Origin: Dehalococcoidia bacterium
GTDB lineage: Bacteria; Chloroflexota; Dehalococcoidia; UBA2979
NCBI GenBank assembly: GCA_041674885.1
Contig: JBAYUZ010000001.1
Span: 37,804-101,803, forward strand
Direction of reading: 5' to 3'
DNA length: 64,000 bases
The notes beneath the pieces were generated by a model, which saw only the letters and a program-made list of their open reading frames with translations, searched no databases and was not told the origin of the DNA. The position numbers and the translations under genes were made by a program. Each line of letters opens with the position of its first letter. The stretch's first letter is position 1. Shown here piece after piece: positions 52,866-62,542 of the stretch.

Positions 52866-53413
52866 CGCCAGTCCCAGCGCACGACCGGCGCGTTGCGCGC
52901 GCCCACCTTCGCGGGGGCATCGGCGCGCGGCAGACCGATGTTCACGAGCGAGACCACCTGCTCCCCCGGCGCGAGACCGAGGTGCGTGCGGGTCGCCTCG
53001 TACGTCAGGATGCCGCCGGTGCTGAGGTGCGCCGCCAGGCCCTCGGCGTGGGCGGCGAGCAGCAGGTTCTGCAGCGCGCACCAGCAGGCGGCGTAGTCCT
53101 CGCGCTCACGCTCAGCGGTGTCGGCGGCGATCTGCGTGACGAACAGCGCGACGGGCGCGCGCAGCAGCTTGGAGCGCGCGGAGGTGCCGATGCCCTCGGG
53201 CATGGCGTTCGCGGCGGCCCATGCGGCGATCGCGTCGGCGATGGCGTCGCGGCCGGTGCCCGCGAGCACGTGGAAGCGCCACGGCTCGGTGTGGCGGTGG
53301 TTCGGCGCCCAGGTCGCGGCATCGAGGAGTCGTTCGATCACTTCGCGTGACGGCGCTTCCGGCGCGGATGCCTCCAGATCGCGGCGGCCCCGGATCGCCT
53401 CGTACAGCTCCAT
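52862..53413 (-). CDS. Nitroreductase-family protein
   Basis: Nitroreductase fold similarity. Start at MELYEAIRGRRD. Confidence 0.7.
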   Translation of the reverse strand: MELYEAIRGRRDLEASAPEAPSREVIERLLDAATWAPNHRHTEPWRFHVLAGTGRDAIADAIAAWAAANAMPEGIGTSARSKLLRAPVALFVTQIAADTAEREREDYAACWCALQNLLLAAHAEGLAAHLSTGGILTYEATRTHLGLAPGEQVVSLVNIGLPRADAPAKVGARNAPVVRWDWR

Positions 53414-53504
53414 CGCGCACCCCCTCGAAGGCACCGTAGCGCATCGGACGGCGGGCGGTGGCTGATTCGGCTACCATCACGGCCGTCGTAGCAAGGAGTC
53501 TGCC

Positions 53505-53867
53505 ATGCCCGAGCCAGTCGTCCACGTCGCCGGCCCCACGTTGGAGCGATTCGAGGAGGTGCTGACGCCGGAAGCGCTGCGGTTCCTGGGGCTGCTGGAG
53601 TCGACGTTCGGGGCGCGGCGGCGGGAGCTGCTGGCGGCGCGCGCGGTGCGGCAGGCCGCGATCTCGGCGGGCGCAAACCTCGACTTCCTGCCGGAGACGG
53701 CGGCGGTGCGCGCGGGTGACTGGAAGGTCGTGCCGCCCGCGCCGGGGCTCGAGGATCGGCGCGTCGAGATCACGGGGCCGACCGAGCAGCGGATGACGAT
53801 CAACGCGCTCAACTCCGGCGCGCGCGTCTGGCTCGCGGACTTCGAGGATGCGAACGCGCCGTTCTGA
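53505..53867 (+). CDS. aceB: Malate synthase A, N-terminal 120 aa, ending at an in-frame TGA that sits where the family's conserved Trp should be
   Basis: Collinear with the E. coli AceB N-terminus (DRRVEITGP...ADFED). The stop aligns with the W of the family's conserved PDW. Confidence 0.6.
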   Translation: MPEPVVHVAGPTLERFEEVLTPEALRFLGLLESTFGARRRELLAARAVRQAAISAGANLDFLPETAAVRAGDWKVVPPAPGLEDRRVEITGPTEQRMTINALNSGARVWLADFEDANAPF

Positions 53868-53873
53868 GAGAAC

Positions 53874-55082
53874 ATGGTGCGCGGCCACCTGCACCTCATG
53901 GACGCCCTCGACCGCACGATCGACTTCACGACGGCCGAGGGTCGCGCCTACGCGCTGCGGCCGGACGCGGAGCTCGCGACGATCGTCGTGCGGCCTCGCG
54001 GGTGGCACCTCGTGGAGAAGCACCTGCTGGTGGACGGCGCGCCGATATCGGCCTCGCTGTTCGACTTCGCGCTGTACTTCCTCCACTGCGCGCAGCGGCA
54101 GATCGCGAAGGGCAAGGGGCCGTACTTCTACCTGCCGAAGATGGAGAGCCACCTCGAAGCCCGGCTCTGGAACGACGTGTTCAACCTCGCGCAGGACACG
54201 CTCGGCATCCCGCGCGGCACGATCCGCGCGACCGTGCTGATCGAGACGTACCCGGCAGCGTTCGAGATGGAGGAGATCCTCTACGAGCTGCGGGAGCACA
54301 GCGCGGGCCTCAATGCCGGGCGGTGGGACTTCATCTTCAGCCTGATCAAGAAGCTGCGGACGCGCGGGCGCGACTTCGTGCTGCCGGATCGGAACACGGT
54401 GACGATGACGGTGCCGTTCATGCGCGCGTACACGGAGCTGCTGGTCGCGACCTGCCACAAGCGCGGCGCACACGCGATCGGCGGGATGTCGGCGTTCATC
54501 CCGAACCGTCGCGACCCGGAGGTGAACGACGCGGCGCTGGAGCGCGTGCGCGCCGACAAGCGGCGCGAGGCAGGCGATGGCTTCGACGGATCGTGGGTGG
54601 CGCACCCCGACCTCGTCTCGATCTGCTTCGAGGAGTTCGACGCGGTGCTGGGGGCGCGGCCCAACCAGCTCGACCGGCTGCGCGACGACGTGCGCATCAC
54701 GGCGGCGGACATCCTCTCGGTCGCCGCGACACCGGGCGCGGTCACCGAGGCGGGCGTGCGCAACGACGTCTCGGTCGGGGTGCAGTACCTGCAGGCGTGG
54801 CTCGGCGGGCTGGGCGCGGTGGCGATCTTCAACCTCATGGAGGACGCCGCGACGGCCGAGATCGCGCGGTCGCAGGTGTGGCAGTGGATCCACAACGGCG
54901 TGACGCTGGAGGACGGCACGGCGATCACCGCCGACCTCGTCCGCCGCATGCTGGACGAGGAGATCGCGAAGCTGGGCGACGCCGCGACGTACGCCGACGC
55001 GCGGCGGCTGTTCGAGCAGGTGGCGCTGGCGGACGACTTCGAGGAGTTCTTAACGATTCCCGCGTACGATCACATCCCGTAG
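53874..55082 (+). CDS. aceB: Malate synthase A, remaining ~400 aa. Same reading frame as 53505..53867
   Basis: Collinear with E. coli AceB from about residue 125 to the end, including catalytic regions. The first in-frame ATG is at 53874. Confidence 0.75.
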   Translation: MVRGHLHLMDALDRTIDFTTAEGRAYALRPDAELATIVVRPRGWHLVEKHLLVDGAPISASLFDFALYFLHCAQRQIAKGKGPYFYLPKMESHLEARLWNDVFNLAQDTLGIPRGTIRATVLIETYPAAFEMEEILYELREHSAGLNAGRWDFIFSLIKKLRTRGRDFVLPDRNTVTMTVPFMRAYTELLVATCHKRGAHAIGGMSAFIPNRRDPEVNDAALERVRADKRREAGDGFDGSWVAHPDLVSICFEEFDAVLGARPNQLDRLRDDVRITAADILSVAATPGAVTEAGVRNDVSVGVQYLQAWLGGLGAVAIFNLMEDAATAEIARSQVWQWIHNGVTLEDGTAITADLVRRMLDEEIAKLGDAATYADARRLFEQVALADDFEEFLTIPAYDHIP

Positions 55083-55122
55083 GGATCGCCCCAGGGACGA
55101 ACCGCGCGCGAGAGGATCGCGA

Positions 55123-56517
55123 TTGAGCACGGACAGCGCCCCCAACGCCTCGACGGTGTGCCCCTACTGCGGCCACGCCGTGGCCTCGACTGCGAAGATC
55201 TGCGGGACGTGCCTGCGATCGATCGAGGGTGGGCAGGCAGACCGCGGCGGCCTGGCGGCACGCGAGGTGGCGTACCGCGCAGGGCAGCGACGACGGCGCA
55301 TCCGCCTCGCGTCGATCGCGGCGGGGAGCGTGGCGCTGGTCGCGGCGTTCATCTGGGTGCAGTGGTTCATGCCGGTGACCCCGCTCCCGCTGCCCTCCAC
55401 GCCCGCGCGGACGCTGGTGCCCCCGACCGAGGACGCGAGCCGCTGGCCATCCGTCGCGGGGAACGCGCAGCTGCAGCGCACGACCTCGGCACGTCCCGAC
55501 CTTGCGGCGCCAGAGCGCTGGCGCGTCACCACCAGCGAGCGGATCACCACGCCGCCGGTCGTTGATGAGCAGCGCGTGTACCTCGGCATCGCGGGCGCGC
55601 TCCTGGCGTTCGCGCGCGAGGACGGGCGCGAGGTGTGGCGCATTCCGATCGGTGGGCAACTGGACGCCGCGCCGACGGTCGTGGGCGACCGGGTGTACGT
55701 GACGCTGCGCGAAGGCAGCGTGCTGGCGCTCAACGCGGCGGACGGGAAGCAGCTGTGGAAGGGCGGCGACGGGCCGACCTACTTCTCCTCGGTCGTCGTC
55801 GACCGCGGCGTGGTGTTCGGGTCGGCGCTGGGGCGGCTGACCGGGCTGGACGCGGAGACCGGCACGGTGCTGTGGCGGCAGGACACCGACAACCGGGTGA
55901 GCGCGCAGGCGCAGCCAGCGGTGACACCGGCGCACGTGCTGCAGCTCTCCTACCGGCGCGCGCTCCTGTTCGACCGCGCCACCGGTGAGCAGCTGTTCTA
56001 CTACTCGATGCCGAGCCCGGAGCACGTGGCGGTCGAGGGCAGCCGGGGGTTCATCGTCGGTTCTGATCGCATCGTGGCGTTCGGCTTCGACCAGCGGCGG
56101 CCGTGGTGGGAGTTCTGGCGCACGGCGTGGGGGCAGTTGTGGATCTTCGGCATGGCGCCGGCGCCGCCACCGCAGCCTCGGCACTGGGTGCAGCCGACGG
56201 AGCGCGGAACGCTCGCGCCGACGATCGCCGACGGGGCGCTGATCACGGCGAGCACGACCGGCGGTGTGCGCGCGCTCGACCTCGCGAGCGGCGAGGTGCG
56301 GTGGGAGGCGAAGGTCGGCCCGGTCGCCTCGGCGCCGGTCACGACCGCGGCGGGTGTGCTGCTGGTGCAGCGCGACGCCCTGCTGCTGCTCGACCCGGCG
56401 ACCGGCACCGAGGTCGCGAAGCGGCCGATGCGTGACGCGGGGCTGCGCTCGGCAGCCGTGACCTCGGCGGGGACGTACCTGGTGGCGGGCGACTCCGGGC
56501 TGATCGCGCTGCGCTAG
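55123..56517 (+). CDS. Zinc-ribbon / TM / PQQ-like beta-propeller repeat protein (BamB-like)
   Basis: TTG start with GAGAGGA 7 nt upstream. N-terminal CPYCGH...CGTC zinc ribbon, one TM helix, then PQQ-type repeats. Confidence 0.65.
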   Translation: MSTDSAPNASTVCPYCGHAVASTAKICGTCLRSIEGGQADRGGLAAREVAYRAGQRRRRIRLASIAAGSVALVAAFIWVQWFMPVTPLPLPSTPARTLVPPTEDASRWPSVAGNAQLQRTTSARPDLAAPERWRVTTSERITTPPVVDEQRVYLGIAGALLAFAREDGREVWRIPIGGQLDAAPTVVGDRVYVTLREGSVLALNAADGKQLWKGGDGPTYFSSVVVDRGVVFGSALGRLTGLDAETGTVLWRQDTDNRVSAQAQPAVTPAHVLQLSYRRALLFDRATGEQLFYYSMPSPEHVAVEGSRGFIVGSDRIVAFGFDQRRPWWEFWRTAWGQLWIFGMAPAPPPQPRHWVQPTERGTLAPTIADGALITASTTGGVRALDLASGEVRWEAKVGPVASAPVTTAAGVLLVQRDALLLLDPATGTEVAKRPMRDAGLRSAAVTSAGTYLVAGDSGLIALR

Positions 56518-56649
56518 CGCGCCGTTGCGCCTCGCAGCCCGTGGCGCAACGTTATGTCGCAATCACGTTCAGGGGTGACGTAGAGCGCGATAACTGTGTA
56601 CGCTGATTCGCGCAGTCGCGCTCTTGGCGGGGTGAGACAGCAGGGACGT

Positions 56650-57795
56650 ATGAGCCTCCGCATGCCTCTCCTCGTTGCCGCCGCCGTGTGCGCGCTGGCG
56701 TTCGGGCTGGTGGTCGCGCCCGCCGGGCGCGCCGATGCCGCCACGACCGTGAACGGCCCCTCCGCCGCCGCCGCCCTCACCAGCACCGCACTCGCCTCGC
56801 TCGGCAAGTTCGAGGGCGAGTGCTTCCCGTTCGTGCAGCGCGTCGTGAAGACGGTGCTGGGCAAGTCGATCGGATCCGACTACCGCCTGGGCTACCTGCA
56901 AGCGGGCGCCGTCGAGGTCACGCTGGCCGCGGCGCAGGCGGGCGACATCATCCAGCTCATCGACGACCGCAACACCTCGCCCAGTGCGGACTATCCGGGC
57001 ATGCACACGGCGCTGGTGATGGAGAACTACGGCGGCGGGAAGTTCCGCGTCGTCGACTCGAACGCGTCGTACGACGGCATGGTGCGGGTGCGCGACTACG
57101 AGCCGCGCACGATCGCGCTGCGCTACCCGTACATCTCGATCCACGCGTACCACCTGATCGACACGCCGGTGCCGGCGGGCGGCATCGTGCCGCCCGGGGC
57201 CTCGAGCGGGAGCGGCGGGACGGCGATCGCGCCGGTGCCGCTGACGCCGGGAGCGCAGGCGGTGGTCGCCGCCGACGGTGACTGCCTGCGCGTGCGCTCG
57301 GTGCCGGCGCTGAGCGGCGCGACGCTCACGTGCATGCCGACGGGCGCCTCGCTCACGATCGCGGGCGGCGCGGCGGAGGCGGACGGCTACAAGTGGCTGC
57401 GCATCTCCGCGCCCAGCGGCACCAGCGGCTGGGCGGTGGAGCAGTACTTGCGCGGTGTGTCCCCGACATCAGGGGGCACGACCGCCTCGACCTCGCCCGG
57501 CGCGGTCGCCGAGGTGGCCCCGCCGGCGGCACCCTCCACGACCGGGAAGATCGTGGGCGGCTCGATCCCGGCCGGCGGCGGCGTGGGGCTGGTCGTGTAC
57601 GGCGGCGGATCCAAGGAAGAGCTGTTCGCCGCGTCCGGCTGCCCGAAGGCAACGGCGGTGTTCTGGGCCTCGCAGGACGGCAAGTTCGTCACGTATATTC
57701 CCGCCGCAACGGTCGCGGTGGTGAACGCCGCGTGGGACAACGTCTTCGAGGAAGGCATCCCGGCCGGCACCGCACTCGTCGGTCGCTGCTCGTAG
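56650..57795 (+). CDS. Secreted CHAP/NlpC-P60-like cysteine hydrolase with an SH3b domain and a conserved C-terminal domain of unknown function
   Basis: Signal peptide. Cys (GECFPFV) and His (GMHTALV) are placed like the CHAP catalytic dyad. An SH3b-like segment follows. The C-terminal ~80 aa is homologous to the C-terminus of the M23 protein at 15263..16399. Confidence 0.65.
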   Translation: MSLRMPLLVAAAVCALAFGLVVAPAGRADAATTVNGPSAAAALTSTALASLGKFEGECFPFVQRVVKTVLGKSIGSDYRLGYLQAGAVEVTLAAAQAGDIIQLIDDRNTSPSADYPGMHTALVMENYGGGKFRVVDSNASYDGMVRVRDYEPRTIALRYPYISIHAYHLIDTPVPAGGIVPPGASSGSGGTAIAPVPLTPGAQAVVAADGDCLRVRSVPALSGATLTCMPTGASLTIAGGAAEADGYKWLRISAPSGTSGWAVEQYLRGVSPTSGGTTASTSPGAVAEVAPPAAPSTTGKIVGGSIPAGGGVGLVVYGGGSKEELFAASGCPKATAVFWASQDGKFVTYIPAATVAVVNAAWDNVFEEGIPAGTALVGRCS

Positions 57796-57830
57796 CGACT
57801 GGAAAGGCTCCATCAATGGCACTCCCCGAC

Positions 57831-58601
57831 TTCGACGTCACCGGACGGCGCGTGCTGATCACGGGCGCGGGGCGCGGCATCGGCCGCGGCATCGCGCTCG
57901 CGATGGCCGAGGCGGGCGCGGACGTGGCGGTCACGAGCCTGGGGGAGACGAACGCCGCGAAGGTCGCCGCCGAGGTGCAGGCGCTGGGACGGCGCGGCTT
58001 CGGGTACGCCGCCGACGGCACCAGCGTCGCGGCGACCGAGGCGATCCGCGATCGTGTGCTGGCCGACCTGGGCGGGCTGGACGTCCTCGTGAACTGCGTG
58101 GGCGACTCGATTCCCGGCGCGGTCGCGCAGGCGCCGAGCGGCGAGGGTCGCGTGATGGCGGAGACCGAGTGGCACCGCGTCGTCGACCTCAACCTGACGC
58201 AGGCGTTCGTCGGCTGTCACGTCTTCGGGCCGACGCTGCTGGCGCAGGGCAGCGGGTGCGCGATCAACATCTCCTCGTTCGCCGCGTTCCGCGCGACGGC
58301 GAACATGTCCGCCTACGCGGCGGCGAAGACCGGCCTCACGCGCTTCACGGAGGCGGTGGCGCTGGAGTGGGCCCCGAGCGTGCGCGTGAACGGGATCGCG
58401 CCCGGCCAGTTCCCCGACCCGGAGCAGCTGACCGAGGAGGAGTGGCGCGCCCGCGAGGAGCACGGCGCCGGGAACATTCCGCTGCGCCGCTTCGGGCGGG
58501 TGCGCGAGGTCGGGCTGATGGCCGTCTACCTCGCCTCGGACGCAGCGAGCTACATCACGGGGCAGACGTTCCAGCTGGACGGCGGACGCGGCATCCGCTG
58601 A
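57831..58601 (+). CDS. SDR-family oxidoreductase
   Basis: TGAGRGIGRGIA cofactor motif and the YxxxK catalytic motif. GGAAAGG RBS. Confidence 0.85.
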   Translation, partial: FDVTGRRVLITGAGRGIGRGIALAMAEAGADVAVTSLGETNAAKVAAEVQALGRRGFGYAADGTSVAATEAIRDRVLADLGGLDVLVNCVGDSIPGAVAQAPSGEGRVMAETEWHRVVDLNLTQAFVGCHVFGPTLLAQGSGCAINISSFAAFRATANMSAYAAAKTGLTRFTEAVALEWAPSVRVNGIAPGQFPDPEQLTEEEWRAREEHGAGNIPLRRFGRVREVGLMAVYLASDAASYITGQTFQLDGGRGIR

Positions 58602-58626
58602 GCCGCGTCAGCCCTCGCAGCGCCGC

Positions 58627-59556
58627 CTAGAACGGCAGCTCGACTCCGATGCCCTGCTCGCGCGCCTTCTTGAGGATGTAGGCGCTGGCGGCAGCATCTT
58701 CGATGCCGATGCCCTGGCTCTCGAACAGCGTGATCGCGTCGTCCGAGGGGCGGCCGGGGACGTGGCCGCTCACCACCTGGTGCAGCTCGACGGCCTGTCC
58801 CCAGCGGAAGGCGCCGCGCTCGGCGGCCCAGATGAGCTCGCCGCACTCGATCTTCGCCTGCTCCATGTTGTCGACCGCGATCAGGGCCGAGCGGCGGATC
58901 GTCGTCTCATCGATCTCGCGCTTCTGCCATGAGTTGGAGCCGGCGGCGACGACGAGCGTGCCGGGATCGAGGTCGTTGCCATCGAAGACCGGCTCACGCG
59001 CGGTCGTGATCGCAACGACGATGTCGGAGTCGGCGACGCACTCCTGCGCGCTGCCGACCGGGACGACCTCGATGCGCAGGCGCTCCTCGGTCTTCGCAGC
59101 GAAGGCCGTGCGGCGGTCGGCGTCACGGGAGTAGACCTTCACCTTCGACACGGGGCGGACGGCGCAGATCGCCTCGATCTGCGTCTCGGCCTGGCGGCCG
59201 GTGCCGATCACGCCGACGGTCGAGGCGTCCTCGCGCGACATGTACTTCGCGGCGACGCCGCTGGCGGCGCCGGTGCGGATCCAGGCGAGCGTGCCGGGCT
59301 CGATCACGGCGTCGAGCGCGCCGGTCTCGGTGTTGTAGAGCAGCGTGGCGGTGGAGTGGCGCACGGCGTGGGCGTGGGAGCCGAGGACGGTGCCGCCCAT
59401 CAGCGTGGTGCCGCCCTGCTCAAAGCGGATGCGGCGTCTCGGCAGGTTCTCGACGAGGCCGCGCGCCTCCTGTCGGAAGAGATCGTCGAGGACAGGCACG
59501 CACTCGGCGACGGTGATCAGGCGCTGCACGTCCTGGTTGCTGATGAACAGGGCCAT
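58627..59556 (-). CDS. Ornithine cyclodeaminase / mu-crystallin family protein
   Basis: OCD family similarity. Start at MALFISNQD with GAGGAGG upstream. Confidence 0.8.
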   Translation of the reverse strand: MALFISNQDVQRLITVAECVPVLDDLFRQEARGLVENLPRRRIRFEQGGTTLMGGTVLGSHAHAVRHSTATLLYNTETGALDAVIEPGTLAWIRTGAASGVAAKYMSREDASTVGVIGTGRQAETQIEAICAVRPVSKVKVYSRDADRRTAFAAKTEERLRIEVVPVGSAQECVADSDIVVAITTAREPVFDGNDLDPGTLVVAAGSNSWQKREIDETTIRRSALIAVDNMEQAKIECGELIWAAERGAFRWGQAVELHQVVSGHVPGRPSDDAITLFESQGIGIEDAAASAYILKKAREQGIGVELPF

Positions 59557-59737
59557 CCGAAGCCTCCTCGATGTTCGCGTGCGTGCGAGTGTCGGGCGCA
59601 CGGGCGAGGCTCGCAAACGCGGCGGGATATCCGGCCTCCCCCTGTGCCTCGATGCCACCGATGTCGACGCTGGATCGGAGACGTGAAGGGCGCGCGCGCC
59701 CTATCGTGGACGGGCGCGCCAGCACACAGGAGGAAGC

Positions 59738-62035
59738 GTGCAGGCCACCCTGCCCGCCCGTCGCACGTTCGACCGCTCCGCGCTGGTGTACCAGGCGTGG
59801 TCGCACCTGGTCGCGAGCATGATCGGTGGTGCGTTCGCGCTGCTGGTGCTGGCGGTCGCGATCCTCTCGCGCGGGGTGGACACGCTGCCGGGGCTGCTGC
59901 TGTTCAACCTCGGTGCCGCGGTGTGCGGCGCCGGAGCCTCGTTCCTGTGGGCGTCCGCGATCACGTTCCGCTCCGCGATCCTGCTGGAGGGGCCGGTGTT
60001 CCGGCGCCTGGCGGTGGTGGGCGCGCTGGGACTGGCGGCGAACGAGGCCGCGTTCGCGGCGGTGGCGCTGCTGGTGCGCGCCTCCAGCGATGAGCTGGCG
60101 TACCGCGTGGTGGTCGGATCGGTCGTGGCGGGCATCGCGCAGTTCCTCGTGACGTTCGTGGGGACGCACCTGTGGGCGTACCGGGTGATGCTGCCGGCGC
60201 CGGAGCGGCAGATCCTCGCGGGCACCGACTGGGAGTCGACGACGCCGACCGACGTCGAGCTCATCTCGATCGCCGCGGGCGAGCGGCAGATGACCGGCTT
60301 CTGGCGGATGCGCGGCTGGGCGCTCGCGTACTTCATGACGTGGGCGGCGCTGCTGTCGTACGGCTGGTACGCGACGGTCGTGCTGGGGATGACGAACGGC
60401 GACGGCACGGCGCGCGTGGTGCAGGCGTTCCAGGTGATCTTCAGCCGCGAGCCGCACCTGGCGGCGCTGGGCTTCGTGTGGCCGCCGATCCCGGCGTTCA
60501 CGAACATCCCACTGATCGCGCTACTACGCCCGCTGGGCCTCGCGCCGTTCTCGGCGACCGTGATGGGGACGATGTACGCGGCGGGCGCGGTGGTGATGTT
60601 CGCGAGCGCGCTGCGCGCGCTGGGCGTGAACCGCGTCGTGACGACGCTGCTCGCGATCTCGCTGGCGACGAACCAGTACTTCTATCAGACGGCGGCGGCG
60701 GGCCTGTCCGAGCCGGTGCTCGCGTTCTTCCTGCTCGCCTCGCTGCGGGCGTACGTGGCGTGGCTGCACAACCCGCAGCCGGCGACGGTGATGTACGCGG
60801 GCCTGGCGTGCGCGGGCGGCATGATGTGCCGCTACGAGGCGGGGTTCTGGACGGCCGCGATGGCCGCGGCACTGATGATCACGATGTACCAGGGCATCCC
60901 CGGCCTCGGCTTCCTGCGCACGCCGGGCGCGGGCAACGCGGCGGAGGCGCGGCTGCGCATGACCTCGGCTGGCTGGGCGTTCCTCGCGCCGACGGTGTTC
61001 GCGCTGCTGGTGTGGGTGATTCTCAACCAGCAGATCGCCGGGAGCCCGCTGTACTTCCTCAACGGCCCCGGATCGACGCGGATGTCGCCGGACACGGCGC
61101 GGCTGGCCGGCGAGGACCTGGCGGCGTACTCGCCGCAGGGTCTGCTGGTGTTCCACGCGTACCACTCGATCTCCGGTGTGGTGATCATGTTCTTCGACCG
61201 CGTGGCGTTCTTCTCGCCGCTGCTGCTGGGCGTCTCGGCGCTGCTCATCCCGCTGGCGGCATCGAGGCGGGACTACCGGACACTGGGGCTGTTCGGCGTC
61301 ATCTGGTCGATCACGGCGTTCGCGCTGATCACGGGCTACCTCGGCTCGCTGCCGCCGTACCAGCGGTACTGGTACTGGCTGGGGCCGATGGGGTGCGTGA
61401 TGGCGGCGTGGGGCATCGCGGGCGTGCGCGCCTGGGGGCTCCGTGTCGTGGTGTGGGTGGTGGTGGTGATCCTCGCGTTCTCGCCGAACGTGCGGACGTT
61501 CCGCGCCACGTACGACGAGTTCAACGAGTTCGAGCCGACCGCCGAGGAGCGCCTGCAGAACGCGCTGTTCACGACCCCCGACCTCGGCACGGTCGCCGGG
61601 CGATCCGAGCTCGTGCGCGAGTGGAAGGCGGTTGCCGCCGAGGTGAACCAGATCCCGGCGGACAAGCTGATCCTGCTAGACGTGGCGAACCCGGGCGGGC
61701 CGCTGCTGCTCTACACGCAGCACATCGAGCGGTTCGTCACCTCGACGGACACGCGGTACCTGATGGACGTGCTGCCGGAGCCGTGGCTCCACGCGCACTA
61801 CGTGATCGTCCCGGAGCCGATCTATGACGTGAAGACGCGCTCGACGCTGCTGATGGAGTGGCCGGGGCTCTGGGAGGGCCAGCGGCCGTGGGCGAAGGTG
61901 GTGAAGGAGATCCCCGGCCGCTACAAGTGGCGGATCCTGGAACTCTCCCCCGGCCCGGGCGGCCTGCAGCCTCGGGTGGGCGACGGCAACGGTGCGCCTC
62001 AGTCGCCCGGCTTCGCGTCCTCTGTGAACCCGTAG
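59738..62035 (+). CDS. Large polytopic membrane protein: GtrA-like N-terminal 4-TM module fused to a >500-aa multi-TM region plus a C-terminal soluble domain (possible GT-C-type glycosyltransferase)
   Basis: GTG start with AGGAGG 5 nt upstream. The first ~150 aa look like the GtrA family. Many TM helices follow. Function not assignable from sequence. Confidence 0.55.
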   Translation: MQATLPARRTFDRSALVYQAWSHLVASMIGGAFALLVLAVAILSRGVDTLPGLLLFNLGAAVCGAGASFLWASAITFRSAILLEGPVFRRLAVVGALGLAANEAAFAAVALLVRASSDELAYRVVVGSVVAGIAQFLVTFVGTHLWAYRVMLPAPERQILAGTDWESTTPTDVELISIAAGERQMTGFWRMRGWALAYFMTWAALLSYGWYATVVLGMTNGDGTARVVQAFQVIFSREPHLAALGFVWPPIPAFTNIPLIALLRPLGLAPFSATVMGTMYAAGAVVMFASALRALGVNRVVTTLLAISLATNQYFYQTAAAGLSEPVLAFFLLASLRAYVAWLHNPQPATVMYAGLACAGGMMCRYEAGFWTAAMAAALMITMYQGIPGLGFLRTPGAGNAAEARLRMTSAGWAFLAPTVFALLVWVILNQQIAGSPLYFLNGPGSTRMSPDTARLAGEDLAAYSPQGLLVFHAYHSISGVVIMFFDRVAFFSPLLLGVSALLIPLAASRRDYRTLGLFGVIWSITAFALITGYLGSLPPYQRYWYWLGPMGCVMAAWGIAGVRAWGLRVVVWVVVVILAFSPNVRTFRATYDEFNEFEPTAEERLQNALFTTPDLGTVAGRSELVREWKAVAAEVNQIPADKLILLDVANPGGPLLLYTQHIERFVTSTDTRYLMDVLPEPWLHAHYVIVPEPIYDVKTRSTLLMEWPGLWEGQRPWAKVVKEIPGRYKWRILELSPGPGGLQPRVGDGNGAPQSPGFASSVNP

Positions 62036-62394
62036 ACCCAGAGCAGCGCGAACCACAGCCCCTTCGCCGGCCGATACGCGAGCACGGTCGAGGCGATCCC
62101 CGCGATCGTTATCGTCCAGATGGGGTCGAGGCCGGCACTGGCGATCGGGTGCGCGAGCACCTCGATGACGGTCAGCGCGACGGCGACCAGGGCGGCGATG
62201 CCATAGCCGACGGCGATGGCGCCCAGCCACGCTCCGGACTCCACCGCATAGCGGACGCCGCAGACGGGACAGCGCTCGTACAGGTCGATCCAGCCCCGGA
62301 ACATCGAGTGGCGGCGGCAGGCCGGGCAGCGTCCGGGGATCGCCCCCTGGAGGAGCGCCCCGATCGCCTCGCCGCTGCCCAGCCCCGGTCTCAT
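61999..62394 (-). CDS. DUF983-like zinc-ribbon membrane protein
   Basis: GRCPACRRHSMFRGWIDLYERCPVCG zinc ribbon followed by two TM helices. The track ORF is extended; start taken at MRPGLGSG. The RBS spacing is tight, so the start is uncertain. Confidence 0.5.
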   Translation of the reverse strand: MRPGLGSGEAIGALLQGAIPGRCPACRRHSMFRGWIDLYERCPVCGVRYAVESGAWLGAIAVGYGIAALVAVALTVIEVLAHPIASAGLDPIWTITIAGIASTVLAYRPAKGLWFALLWVYGFTEDAKPGD

Positions 62395-62542
62395 GCCTCC
62401 AGCGTGCCGGAGTGGGGCCCTCGACGCCAGCGGGGCGGGCGGTCGGCGACCTCGATGCCGGAAACTCAGGCCGAACGTCCCCCTACCGAGAGCGTGAGGC
62501 AGCGCTATACTCTCCGGCGAACCCACAGGGAAAGGGGTGGTC

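Noticed and set aside
53865-53867. Selenocysteine at the malate synthase TGA
   Set aside because: The position aligns with a conserved Trp, not Cys/Sec. No SECIS-like hairpin is evident immediately downstream. Malate synthases are not selenoproteins.
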